This document shows, piece by piece, positions 1 through 13,600 of a DNA stretch of 64,000 nt (positions are counted from its first letter, which is position 1; every line of letters starts with the position of its first letter). This DNA is from Lingula anatina (Eukaryota; Animalia; Brachiopoda), in the NCBI GenBank assembly GCA_051362555.1, contig CM120642.1:22072001-22136000 (forward strand), written 5' to 3'. The position numbers and the translations under genes were made by a program. The notes below the pieces were generated by a model. The model was not told the DNA's origin, made no database searches, and worked only from the letters and a program-made list of their open reading frames with translations.

Positions 1-279
1 CGATGCATGTTACTGTTATAACTGTACATGTTAATATTTATTTTGATCACTGTACCTGTTTGTGTCATTACTGTTGGTGTTTGTATTTATTGAGAGCAAT
101 GTTTATGTCAGTTTTTTCTCTCTATATGTTTTTAATCATTATTATAACTGTTCATGTTTGTGTTGTTGCTGCAAGCATAGATTGTGGCTGTTTATATTCC
201 GATTGCTGTTTCCATTTTCTATTGTCATGTGTGTATGTCTGTATTGTGACTGTGTTTGTTTGTATTTATTTACATTACT

Positions 280-775
280 GTTCATGTTTGTGTCATTACT
301 GTTGGTGTTTGTATTAATTGTTAGCAATGCTTATGTCAGTTTTGTCCCTCTTTTTGTTTATTATTATAACTATAGCACTGAATGCTGAGTGTTGTCAATG
401 TATGTCTATGTGTCTATTTATATTCTTTTTTCTGTGTCTATTCTGTATTGATACTAAATGTGTTTGTGTATATTGTGATGACTGTGTACGGCTATGTTTG
501 CACTCTTTTCCCTTGTGTTCATTGTCATAACAGTGCACATTACTGTTATCATTGTCCATGTGAATATTTATTAAGATCAATGTGTATGTTTGTGTTGTTA
601 CTGTTTGTGTCTGCACATAATTCTGATCACTGTGAAAGTCTATTTGTCCTTCTGTTTGTTTGTAATAATTCTCATTACTGTGCCTGTTAATGATGTCACT
701 GTTTGTGTTTGTATTTATTGTGATCACTGTATGTGTTTGCGTAGGTACTGTTGTTGTTTGTATTTATTGTGAACA
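280..775. repeat. ~0.5-kb intra-HOR duplication, paralogous to ~3670-4165
   Basis: ATTATAACTATAGCACTGAATGCTGAGTGTTGTCAATGTATGTCTATGTGTCT...GATACTAAATG...CATAACAGTGCAC occurs twice per unit at offset 3,390 (ORF 382 vs 3772; 395 vs 3785). Confidence 0.88.
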
Positions 776-1189
776 CTGTTTCTATTCAGTGCTGTCATTG
801 TACATGTTTGTATATATATTGTGATCACTTCATCCTTGTGTTCATTTTCATTACAATGCATGTTACTGTTATAACAGTTACTTTGTTACTTTATATGGTT
901 GTGTTGTCACTGTACATGTCAACTTATTCTGTTCACTGTGTATGTCTGTATTGTGACTGTGTTTGTTTGTATTTATTTTGATTACTGTGCATGATTGTCT
1001 TGTCACTGTTTGTGTTTGTATTTATCATGATCACTGTATATGTTTGCGTCGTTACTGTTGATGTTTGTATTTATTGTCAACACTGTTTCCATGCTGTACT
1101 GTCATTGTATGTTTTTGTATATATATTGTGATCACTGTGTATGTCTTTGTTTTCACCCCATCACTGATCATTGTGTATGACTGTGCTAT

Positions 1190-4100
1190 CACCTAATTAA
1201 TTAGTGTTCATTCTGGTTTCTGTGCATGGTTGTGTTGTCACTATACATGTCAAAATTTATTCTGATCACTGTGTATGTCTGTATTGTGACTGTGTTTGTT
1301 TGTATTTATTTACATTACTGTTCACATTTGTGTTGTCACTGTTCGTGTTTCTATTTATTGTGAGCAATGTGTATGTCTGTTTTGTCAATGTATTTGTTTG
1401 TAATCATTTCTATTACTCTGCATGATGGTACTGTCACTGTATGTGTATGTGTCTCTTTATATTCTGTTCTCTGTGTCTATTCTGTATTGTCACTGTATGT
1501 GTTTCCATGTATTGTGATCACTGTGTACGGCTATGTTTTCACTCTTTTTTCCTTGTGCTCATTTTCATTACGAAGCATGTTAATGTTGTAACTGTGCATG
1601 TTTATATTTATTTTGATCACTGTTCATGTTTGTGTCATTACTGTTGGTGTTTCTATTGTGAGCAATGTTTATGTCAGTTTTTACTCTCTATATGTTTCTT
1701 TATCATTATTATAACTGTTCATGTTTGTGTTGTTGCTGTAAGCATAGTTTGTGTCTTTTTATATTCCAATTGCTGTTTCCATTCTCTATTGTCATTGTAT
1801 GTGTTTGTATATGTATTGTGATCACTGTGTATGTCTGTGTTTTCACCCCATCACTGATCACTGTGCATGACTGTGCTATCACCTAATTATATAATTAGTG
1901 TTCAATCTGGTTACTGTGCATGGTTGCGTTGTCACTGTACATGTCAAAATTTATTCTGATCACTGTGTATGTCTGTATTGTGACTGTGTTTGTTTGTATT
2001 TATTAACATTACTGTTCATGTTTGTGTCATTACTGTTGGTGTTTTTATTTATTGTAAGTAATGTGTATGTCAGTTTTGTCTTTAAATTACTACTGCGCTG
2101 AATGATGGTGTTTTCAATGTATGACTATGTTTCTGTTTATATTCTGTTTGCTGTGTCTATTCACTATTGCTACTGAATGTGTTTGTATATATTGTGGTTA
2201 CTGTGTATGGCTATGTTTCCACCCTTTTTACTTGTGTTTATTCTAATTACAGTGCACATTACTATTATCAATGTACATGTTTATATTAATTTTGACCACT
2301 GTGTATGTTTGTGTTGTTACTGTTTGTGTCTACACATAATTCTGATCACTGTGAAAGTCTGTTTGTCCTTCTATTTGTTTGTAATAATTATCATTACTGT
2401 GCCTGTTAATGTTATCACTGTTTGTGTTTGTATTTATTGTGATCACTGTATGTGTTTGCATAGTTACTGTTTATGTTTGTATTTATTGTGAACACTGTTT
2501 CTATTCTGTACTGTCATTGTACATGTTTGTATATATATTGTGATCACTGTGTATATCTCTGTTTTTCACTCCATCACTGATCACTGTGTATTACTGTGTA
2601 TTACTGTGTAATCATCCAATTAATTTGTGTTTATTCTGATTACTATACATGGTTGCGTTGTCACTGTACATGTCAAAATTTATTCTGATCACTGTGTATG
2701 TCTGTATTGGGACTGTGTTTGTTTGTATTTATTTACATTACTGCTCTCGTTTGTGTTGTCACTGTTCGTGTTTGTATTTATTGTGAGCAATGTGCATGTC
2801 TGTTTTGTCAATGTATTTGTTTGTAATCATTACTATTACTCTGCATGATAGTACTGTCACTGTATGTCTGTGTGTCTGTTTATATTCTTGTGTTCATTTT
2901 CATTACTGTGGAAGTTACTTTTATCACTTTTACTGTTAATATTTATTTTGTTCACTATGCTTGTTACTGTTATAACAGCTACTTGGTTACTTTACATGGT
3001 TGTGTTGTCACTGTACATGTCAGCTTATTCTATTCACTGTGTATGTCTGTGTTTTCACCCCATCACTATCACTGTGTATGACTCTGCTATCACCTAATTA
3101 TATATGTGTTTATTCTGGTTACTGTGCATGGTTGTGTTGTCACTGTACATGTCAAAATTTATTCTGATCACTGTGTATGTCTGTATTGTGACTCTGTTTG
3201 TTTGTATTTATTTACATTACTGTTCATGTTTGTGTCATTACTGTTGGTGTTTGTATTTATTGTTAGCAATGCTTATGTCAGTTTTGTCACTCTCTTTGTT
3301 TGTAAACATTACTATTGCTCTGAATGATGGTGTTGTCAATGTATGACTATGTGTCTGTTTATATTCTGTTTGCTATGTCTATTCACTATTGCTACTGAGT
3401 GTGTTTGTATATATTGTGATGACTGTGTACGCCCATGTTTCCACTCTTTTTCCTTGTGTTTATTCTAATTACAGTGCACATTACTATTATCAATGTACAT
3501 GTTTATATTCATTTTAATCACTGTGTATGTTTGCGTTGTTACTGTTTGTGTCTGCATATATTTCTGATCACTGTGTAAGTCTGTTTGTTTTTCTATTTGT
3601 TTGTAATCATTGTCATTGCTGTTCATGTTTGTGTTGTCATTGTTTTGGTTTGTTTTTATTGGGATCACTGTGTATGTTTGTGTCATTATTGTTGGTGTTT
3701 GTATTTATTATTAGCAATGTGTATGTCAGTTTTGTCCCTCTATTTGTTTATTATTATAACTATAGCACTGAATGCTGAGTGTTGTCAATGTATGTCTATG
3801 TGTCTATTTATATTCTTTTTTCTGTGTCTGTTCTGTATTGATACTAAATGTGTTTGTGTATATTGTGATGACTGTGTACGGCTATGTGTGCACTTTTTTC
3901 CCTTGTGTTCATTGTCATAACAGTGCACGTTACTGTTATCACTGTCCATGTATATATTTATTTTGATCAAAGTGTATGTTTGTGTTGTTATTGTTTGTGT
4001 CTGCACATAATTCTGATCACTGTGAAAGTCTATTTGTCCTTCTGTTTGTTTGTAATAAATATCATTACTGTGCATGTTAATGTTGTCACTGTTTGTGTTT

Positions 4101-4502
4101 GTATTTATCGTGATCACTGTATGTGTTTGCGTCATTACTATTAATGTTTGTATTTATTGTGAACACTATTTCCATTCTGTACTGTTCGTGTTTGTATATA
4201 TATTGTGATCACTGTGTATGTCTCTGTTTTCACTTCATCACTGATCACTGTGTATTACTGTGTAATCATCCAATTAATTTGTGTTCATTCTGATTACTCT
4301 ACATGGTTGTGTTGTCACTGTACATGTCAAAATTCATTCTGATCACTGTGTATGTCTGTATTGTGACTGTGTTTGTTTGTATTTATTTACATTAATGTTC
4401 ATGTTTGTGTTGGCACTGGTCATTTTTGTATTTATTGTGAGCATTATGTACGTCTATTTTGTCAGTGTATTTGTTTGTAATCATTACTATTACTCTGCAT
4501 GA
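1190..4502. repeat. Five paralogous sub-blocks within each HOR, starting at about 1204, 1898, 2627, 3106 and 4281
   Basis: Each starts ...TAATT...GTGTT(C/T)ATTCTG(G/A)TTACT...CATGGTTG(T/C)GTTGTCACTGTACATGTCAAAATT(T/C)ATTCTGATCACTGTGTATGTCTGTATTG. Spacings 694+729+479+1175+1567 sum to 4,644. Partial copies also occur near 890-980 and 2990-3050. Confidence 0.88.
2294..2541. repeat. Example run of the degenerate ~49-bp basic monomer (this pattern underlies the array)
   Basis: GATCACTG-like cores at 2294, 2344, 2392, 2441, 2490, 2542 (spacings 50, 48, 49, 49, 52) and at 45, 94, 143 (49, 49). A second (G/A)T(C/T)ACTG core lies ~22 bp into each monomer. Confidence 0.8.
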
Positions 4503-4646
4503 TAGTACTGTCACTGTATGTCTATGTGTCTGTTTATATTCTGTTCTCTGAGTCTATTCTGTATTGTCACTGTATGTGTTTCCATGTATTGTGATCACTG
4601 TGTATGGCTATGTTTTCACTCTTTTTCCTTGTGTTCATTTTCATTA

Positions 4647-7600
4647 CGATGCATGTTACTGTTATAACTGTACATGTTAATATTTATTTTGATCACTGTA
4701 CCTGTTGTGTCATTACTGTTGGTGTTTGTATTTATTGAGAGCAATGTTTATGTCAGTTTTTTCTCTCTATATGTTTTTAATCATTATTATAACTGTTCAT
4801 GTTTGTGTTGTTGCTGCAAGCATAGATTGTGGCTGTTTATATTCCGATTGCTGTTTCCATTTTCTATTGTCATGTGTGTATGTCTGTATTGTGACCGTGT
4901 TTGTTTGTATTTATTTACATTACTGTTCATGTTTGTGTCATTACTGTTGGTGTTTGTATTAATTGTTAGCAATGCTTATGTCAGTTTTGTCCCTCTTTTT
5001 GTTTATTATTATAACTATAGCACTGAATGCTGAGTGTTGTCAATGTATGTCTATGTGTCTATTTATATTCTTTTTCTGTGTCTATTCTGTATTGATACTA
5101 AATGTGTTTGTGTATATTGTGATGACTGTGTACGGCTATGTTTGCACTCTTTTCCCTTGTGTTCATTGTCATAACAGTGCACATTACTGTTATCATTGTC
5201 CATGTGAATATTTATTAAGATCAATGTGTATGTTTGTGTTGTTACTGTTTGTGTCTGCACATAATTCTGATCACTGTGAAAGTCTATTTGTCCTTCTGTT
5301 TGTTTGTAATGATTCTCATTACTGTGCATGATAATGATGTCACTGTTTGTGTTTGTATTTATTGTGATCACTGTATGTGTTTGCGTAGGTACTGTTGTTG
5401 TTTGTATTTATTGTGAACACTGTTTCTATTCAGTGCTGTCATTGTACGTGTTTGTATATATATTGTGATCACTTCATCTTTGTGTTCATTTTCATTACAA
5501 TGCATGTTACTGTTATAACAGTTACTTTGTTACTTTATATGGTTGTGTTGTCACTGTACATGTCAACTTATTCTGTTCACTGTGTATGTCTGTATTGTGA
5601 CTGTGTTTGTTTGTATTTATTTTGATTACTGTGCATGATTGTCTTGTCACTGTTTGTGTTTGTATTTATCATGATCACTGTATATGTTTGCATCGTTACT
5701 GTTGATGTTTGTATTTATTGTCAACACTGTTTCCATGCTGTACTGTCATTGTATGTTTTTGTATATATATTGTGATCACTGTGTATGTCTTTGTTTTCAC
5801 CCCATCACTGATCATTGTGTATGACTGTGCTATCACCTAATTAATTAGTGTTCATTCTGGTTACTGTGCATGGTTGTGTTGTCACTATACATGTCAAAAT
5901 TTATTCTGATCACTGTGTATGTCTGTATTGTGACTGTGTTTGTTTGTATTTATTTACATTACTGTTCACATTTGTGTTGTCACTGTTCGTGTTTCTATTT
6001 ATTGTGAGCAATGTGTATGTCTGTTTTGTCAATGTATTTGTTTGTAATCATTTCTATTACTCTGCATGATGGTACTGTCACTGTATGTGTATGTGTCTCT
6101 TTATATTCTGTACTCTGTGTCTATTCTGTATTGTCACTGTATGTGTTTCCATGTATTGTGATCACTGTGTACGGCTATGTTTTCACTCTTTTTTCCTTTT
6201 GCTCATTTTCATTACGAAGCATGTTACTGTTATAACTGTGCATGTTAATATTTATTTTGATCACTGTTCATGTTTGTGTCATTACTGTTGGTGTTTCTAT
6301 TGTGAGCAATGTTTATGTCAGTTTTTACTCTCTATATGTTTCTTTATCATTATTATAACTGTTCATGTTTGTGTTGTTGCTGTAAGCATAGTTTGTGTCT
6401 TTTTATGTTCCAATTGCTGTTTCCATTCTCTATTGTCATTATATGTGTTTGTATATGTATTGTGATCACTGTGTATGTCTGTGTTTTCACCCCATCACTG
6501 ATCACTGTGTATGACTGTGCTATCACCTAATTATATAATTAGTGTTCATTCTGGTTACTGTGCATGGTTGCGTTGTCACTGTACATGTCAAAATTTATTC
6601 TGATCACTGTGTATGTCTGTATTGTGACTGTGTTTGTTTGTATTTATTAACATTACTGTTCATGTTTGTGTCATTACTGTTGGTGTTTTTATTTATTGTT
6701 AGTAATGTGTATGTCAGTTTTGTCTTTAAATTACTACTGCGCTGAATGATGGTGTTTTCAATGTATGACTATGTTTCTGTTTATATTCTGTTTGCTGTGT
6801 CTATTCACTATTGCTACTGAATGTGTTTGTATATATTGTGGTTACTGTGTATGGCTATGTTTCCACCCTTTTTCCTTGTGTTTATTCTAATTACAGTGCA
6901 CATTACTATTATCAATGTACATGTTTATATTAATTTTGACCACTGTGTATGTTTGTGTTGTTACTGTTTGTGTCTACACATAATTCTGATCACTGTGAAA
7001 GTCTGTTTGTCCTTCTATTTGTTTGTAATAATTATCATTACTGTGCCTGTTAATGTTATCACTGTTTGTGTTTGTATTTATTGTGATCACTGTATGTGTT
7101 TGCATAGTTACTGTTTATGTTTGTATTTATTGTGAACACTGTTTCTATTCTGTACTGTCATTGTACATGTTTGTATATATATTGTGATCACTGTGTATAT
7201 CTCTGTTTTTCACTCCATCACTGATCACTGTGTATTACTGTGTATTACTGTGTAATCATCCAATTAATTTGTGTTTATTCTGATTACTATACATGGTTGC
7301 GTTGTCACTGTACATGTCAAAATTTATTCTGATCACTGTGTATGTCTGTATTGGGACTGTGTTTGTTTGTATTTATTTACATTACTGCTCTCGTTTGTGT
7401 TGTCACTGTTCGTGTTTGTATTTATTGTGAGCAATGTGCAAGTCTGTTTTGTCAATGTATTTGTTTGTAATCATTACTATTACTCTGCATGATAGTACTG
7501 TCACTGTATGTCTGTGTGTCTGTTTATATTCTTGTGTTCATTTTCATTACTGTGGAAGTTACTTTTATCACTTTTACTGTTAATATTTATTTTGTTCACT

Positions 7601-10600
7601 ATGCTTGTTACTGTTATAACAGCTACTTGGTTACTTTACATGGTTGTGTAGTCACTGTACATGTCAGCTTATTCTGTTCACTGTGTATGTCTGTGTTTTC
7701 ACCCCATCACTATCACTGTGTATGACTCTGCTATCACCTAATTATATATGTGTTTATTCTGGTTACTGTGCATGGTTGTGTTGTCACTGTACATGTCAAA
7801 ATTTATTCTGATCACTGTGTATGTCTGTATTGTGACTCTGTTTGTTTGTATTTATTTACATTACTGTTCATGTTTGTGTCATTACTGTTGGTGTTTGTAT
7901 TTATTGTTAGCAATGCTTATGTCAGTTTTGTCACTCTCTTTGTTTGTAAACATTACTATTGCTCTGAATGATGGTGTTGTCAATGTATGACTATGTGTCT
8001 GTTTATATTCTGTTTGCTATGTCTATTCACTATTGCTACTGAGTGTGTTTGTATATATTGTGATGACTGTGTACGCCCATGTTTCCACTCTTTTTCCTTG
8101 TGTTTATTCTAATTACAGTGCACATTACTATTATCAATGTACATGTTTATATTCATTTTAATCACTGTGTATGTTTGCGTTGTTACTGTTTGTGTCTGCA
8201 TATATTTCTGATCACTGTGTAAGTCTGTTTGTTTTTCTATTTGTTTGTAATCATTGTCATTGCTGTTCATGTTTGTGTTGTCATTGTTTTGGTTTGTTTT
8301 TATTGGGATCACTGTGTATGTTTGTGTCATTATTGTTGGTGTTTGTATTTATTATTAGCAATGTGTATGTCAGTTTTGTCCCTCTATTTGTTTATTATTA
8401 TAACTATAGCACTGAATGCTGAGTGTTGTCAATGTATGTCTATGTGTCTATTTATATTCTTTTTTCTGTGTCTGTTCTGTATTGATACTAAATGTGTTTG
8501 TGTATATTGTGATGACTGTGTACGGCTATGTTTGCACTTTTTTCCCTTGTGTTCATTGTCATAACAGTGCACGTTACTGTTATCACTGTCCATGTATATA
8601 TTTATTTTGATCAAAGTGTATGTTTGTGTTGTTATTGTTTGTGTCTGCACATAATTCTGATCACTGTGAAAGTCTATTTGTCCTTCTGTTTGTTTGTAAT
8701 AAATATCATTACTGTGCATGTTAATGTTGTCACTGTTTGTGTTTGTATTTATCGTGATCACTGTATGTGTTTGCGTCATTACTATTAATGTTTGTATTTA
8801 TTGTGAACACTATTTCCATTCTGTACTGTTCGTGTTTGTATATATATTGTGATCACTGTGTATGTCTCTGTTTTCACTCCATCACTGATCACTGTGTATT
8901 ACTGTGTAATCATCCAATTAATTTGTGTTCATTCTGATTACTCTACATGGTTGTGTTGTCACTGTACATGTCAAAATTCATTCTGATCACTGTGTATGTC
9001 TGTATTGTGACTGTGTTTGTTTGTATTTATTTACATTAATGTTCATGTTTGTGTTGGCACTGGTCATTTTTGTATTTATTGTGAGCATTATGTACGTCTA
9101 TTTTGTCAGTGTATTTGTTTGTAATCATTACTATTACTCTGCATGATAGTACTGTCACTGTATGTCTATGTGTCTGTTTATATTCTGTTCTCTGAGTCTA
9201 TTCTGTATTGTCACTGTATGTGTTTCCATGTATTGTGATCACTGTGTATGGCTATGTTTTCACTCTTTTTCCTTGTGTTCATTTTCATTACGATGCATGT
9301 TACTGTTATAACTGTACATGTTAATATTTATTTTGATCACTGTACCTGTTGTGTCATTACTGTTGGTGTTTGTATTTATTGAGAGCAATGTTTATGTCAG
9401 TTTTTTCTCTCTATATGTTTTTAATCATTATTATAACTGTTCATGTTTGTGTTGTTGCTGCAAGCATAGATTGTGGCTGTTTATATTCCGATTGCTGTTT
9501 CCATTTTCTATTGTCATGTGTGTATGTCTGTACTGTGACCGTGTTTGTTTGTATTTATTTACATTACTGTTCATGTTTGTGTCATTACTGTTGGTGTTTG
9601 TATTAATTGTTAGCAATGCTTATGTCAGTTTTGTCCCTCTTTTTGTTTATTATTATAACTATAGCACTGAATGCTGAGTGTTGTCAATGTATGTCTATGT
9701 GTCTATTTATATTCTTTTTCTGTGTCTATTCTGTATTGATACTAAATGTGTTTGTGTATATTGTGATGACTGTGTACGGCTATGTTTGCACTCTTTTCCC
9801 TTGTGTTCATTGTCATAACAGTGCACATTACTGTTATCATTGTCCATGTGAATATTTATTAAGATCAATGTGTATGTTTGTGTTGTTACTGTTTGTGTCT
9901 GCACATAATTCTGATCACTGTGAAAGTCTATTTGTCCTTCTGTTTGTTTGTAATGATTCTCATTACTGTGCATGATAATGATGTCACTGTTTGTGTTTGT
10001 ATTTATTGTGATCACTGTATGTGTTTGCGTAGGTACTGTTGTTGTTTGTATTTATTGTGAACACTGTTTCTATTCAGTGCTGTCATTGTACGTGTTTGTA
10101 TATATATTGTGATCACTTCATCCTTGTGTTCATTTTCATTACAATGCATGTTACTGTTATAACAGTTACTTTGTTACTTTATATGGTTGTGTTGTCACTG
10201 TACATGTCAACTTATTCTGTTCACTGTGTATGTCTGTATTGTGACTGTGTTTGTTTGTATTTATTTTGATTACTGTGCATGATTGTCTTGTCACTGTTTG
10301 TGTTTGTATTTATCATGATCACTGTATATGTTTGCATCGTTACTGTTGATGTTTGTATTTATTGTCAACACTGTTTCCATGCTGTACTGTCATTGTATGT
10401 TTTTGTATATATATTGTGATCACTGTGTATGTCTTTGTTTTCACCCCATCACTGATCATTGTGTATGACTGTGCTATCACCTAATTAATTAGTGTTCATT
10501 CTGGTTACTGTGCATGGTTGTGTTGTCACTATACATGTCAAAATTTATTCTGATCACTGTGTATGTCTGTATTGTGACTGTGTTTGTTTGTATTTATTTA

Positions 10601-13600
10601 CATTACTGTTCACATTTGTGTTGTCACTGTTCGTGTTTCTATTTATTGTGAGCAATGTGTATGTCTGTTTTGTCAATGTATTTGTTTGTAATCATTTCTA
10701 TTACTCTGCATGATGGTACTGTCACTGTATGTGTATGTGTCTCTTTATATTCTGTACTCTGTGTCTATTCTGTATTGTCACTGTATGTGTTTCCATGTAT
10801 TGTGATCACTGTGTACGGCTATGTTTTCACTCTTTTTTCCTTTTGCTCATTTTCATTACGAAGCATGTTACTGTTATAACTGTGCATGTTGATATTTATT
10901 TTGATCACTGTTCATGTTTGTGTCATTACTGTTGGTGTTTCTATTGTGAGCAATGTTTATGTCAGTTTTTACTCTCTATATGTTTCTTTATCATTATTAT
11001 AACTGTTCATGTTTGTGTTGTTGCTGTAAGCATAGTTTGTGTCTTTTTATGTTCCAATTGCTGTTTCCATTCTCTATTGTCATTATATGTGTTTGTATAT
11101 GTATTGTGATCACTGTGTATGTCTGTGTTTTCACCCCATCACTGATCACTGTGTATGACTGTGCTATCACCTAATTATATAATTAGTGTTCATTCTGGTT
11201 ACTGTGCATGGTTGCGTTGTCACTGTACATGTCAAAATTTATTCTGATCACTGTGTATGTCTGTATTGTGACTGTGTTTGTTTGTATTTATTAACATTAC
11301 TGTTCATGTTTGTGTCATTACTGTTGGTGTTTTTATTTATTGTTAGTAATGTGTATGTCAGTTTTGTCTTTAAATTACTACTGCGCTGAATGATGGTGTT
11401 TTCAATGTATGACTATGTTTCTGTTTATATTCTGTTTGCTGTGTCTATTCACTATTGCTACTGAATGTGTTTGTATATATTGTGGTTACTGTGTATGGCT
11501 ATGTTTCCACCCTTTTTACTTGTGTTTATTCTAATTACAGTGCACATTACTATTATCAATGTACATGTTTATATTAATTTTGACCACTGTGTATGTTTGT
11601 GTTGTTACTGTTTGTGTCTACACATAATTCTGATCACTGTGAAAGTCTGTTTGTCCTTCTATTTGTTTGTAATAATTATCATTACTGTGCCTGTTAATGT
11701 TATCACTGTTTGTGTTTGTATTTATTGTGATCACTGTATGTGTTTGCATAGTTACTGTTTATGTTTGTATTTATTGTGAACACTGTTTCTATTCTGTACT
11801 GTCATTGTACATGTTTGTATATATATTGTGATCACTGTGTATATCTCTGTTTTTCACTCCATCACTGATCACTGTGTATTACTGTGTATTACTGTGTAAT
11901 CATCCAATTAATTTGTGTTTATTCTGATTACTATACATGGTTGCGTTGTCACTGTACATGTCAAAATTTATTCTGATCACTGTGTATGTCTGTATTGGGA
12001 CTGTGTTTGTTTGTATTTATTTACATTACTGCTCTCGTTTGTGTTGTCACTGTTCGTGTTTGTATTTATTGTGAGCAATGTGCAAGTCTGTTTTGTCAAT
12101 GTATTTGTTTGTAATCATTACTATTACTCTGCATGATAGTACTGTCACTGTATGTCTGTGTGTCTGTTTATATTCTTGTGTTCATTTTCATTACTGTGGA
12201 AGTTACTTTTATCACTTTTACTGTTAATATTTATTTTGTTCACTATGCTTGTTACTGTTATAACAGCTACTTGGTTACTTTACATGGTTGTGTTGTCACT
12301 GTACATGTCAGCTTATTCTATTCACTGTGTATGTCTGTGTTTTCACCCCATCACTATCACTGTGTATGACTCTGCTATCACCTAATTATATATTTGTTTA
12401 TTCTGGTTACTGTGCATGGTTGTGTTGTCACTGTACATGTCAAAATTTATTCTGATCACTGTGTATGTCTGTATTGTGACTCTGTTTGTTTGTATTTATT
12501 TACATTACTGTTCATGTTTGTGTCATTACTGTTGGTGTTTGTATTTATTGTTAGCAATGCTTATGTCAGTTTTGTCACTCTCTTTGTTTGTAAACATTAC
12601 TATTGCTCTGAATGATGGTGTTGTCAATGTATGACTATGTGTCTGTTTATATTCTGTTTGCTATGTCTATTCACTATTGCTACTGAGTGTGTTTGTATAT
12701 ATTGTGATGACTGTGTACGCCCATGTTTCCACTCTTTTTCCTTGTGTTTATTCTAATTACAGTGCACATTACTATTATCAATGTACATGTTTATATTCAT
12801 TTTAATCACTGTGTATGTTTGCGTTGTTACTGTTTGTGTCTGCATATATTTCTGATCACTGTGTAAGTCTGTTTGTTTTTCTATTTGTTTGTAATCATTG
12901 TCATTGCTGTTCATGTTTGTGTTGTCATTGTTTTGGTTTGTTTTTATTGGGATCACTGTGTATGTTTGTGTCATTATTGTTGGTGTTTGTATTTATTATT
13001 AGCAATGTGTATGTCAGTTTTGTCCCTCTATTTGTTTATTATTATAACTATAGCACTGAATGCTGAGTGTTGTCAATGTATGTCTATGTGTCTATTTATA
13101 TTCTTTTTTCTGTGTCTGTTCTGTATTGATACTAAATGTGTTTGTGTATATTGTGATGACTGTGTACGGCTATGTGTGCACTTTTTTCCCTTGTGTTCAT
13201 TGTCATAACAGTGCACGTTACTGTTATCACTGTCCATGTATATATTTATTTTGATCAAAGTGTATGTTTGTGTTGTTATTGTTTGTGTCTGCACATAATT
13301 CTGATCACTGTGAAAGTCTATTTGTCCTTCTGTTTGTTTGTAATAAATATCATTACTGTGCATGTTAATGTTGTCACTGTTTGTGTTTGTATTTATCGTG
13401 ATCACTGTATGTGTTTGCGTCATTACTATTAATGTTTGTATTTATTGTGAACACTATTTCCATTCTGTACTGTTCGTGTTTGTATATATATTGTGATCAC
13501 TGTGTATGTCTCTGTTTTCACTTCATCACTGATCACTGTGTATTACTGTGTAATCATCCAATTAATTTGTGTTCATTCTGATTACTCTACATGGTTGTGT

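Larger units (their letters stand above)
1..4646. repeat. HOR copy 1 (4,646 bp; divergent haplotype over its first ~2.06 kb). The unit boundary is arbitrary, set at the window start.
   Basis: 2 bp longer than the standard unit (extra T in CCTGTTTGTG near 59 and in the T-run near 426-431). Also has about 18 substitutions relative to copies 2-9, e.g. GACTGTG vs GACCGTG at 251, GGTTTCT at 1219, TCAATCT at 1905, TGTAAGT at 2056. Confidence 0.95.

Noticed and set aside
44-52. Abundant GATC/TGATCA sites as bacterial Dam-methylation or origin iterons
   Set aside because: They are simply the monomer core. A 64-kb gene-free, CpG-poor tandem array does not fit a prokaryotic replicon.
1-4646. Tandem gene unit (5S/45S rDNA, tRNA, snRNA, histone) or tandem transposon as the 4.6-kb repeat
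   Set aside because: The unit consists entirely of degenerate short monomers. I see no GC-rich structured RNA segment, terminal repeats, poly(A) tail or transposase/RT coding remnant.
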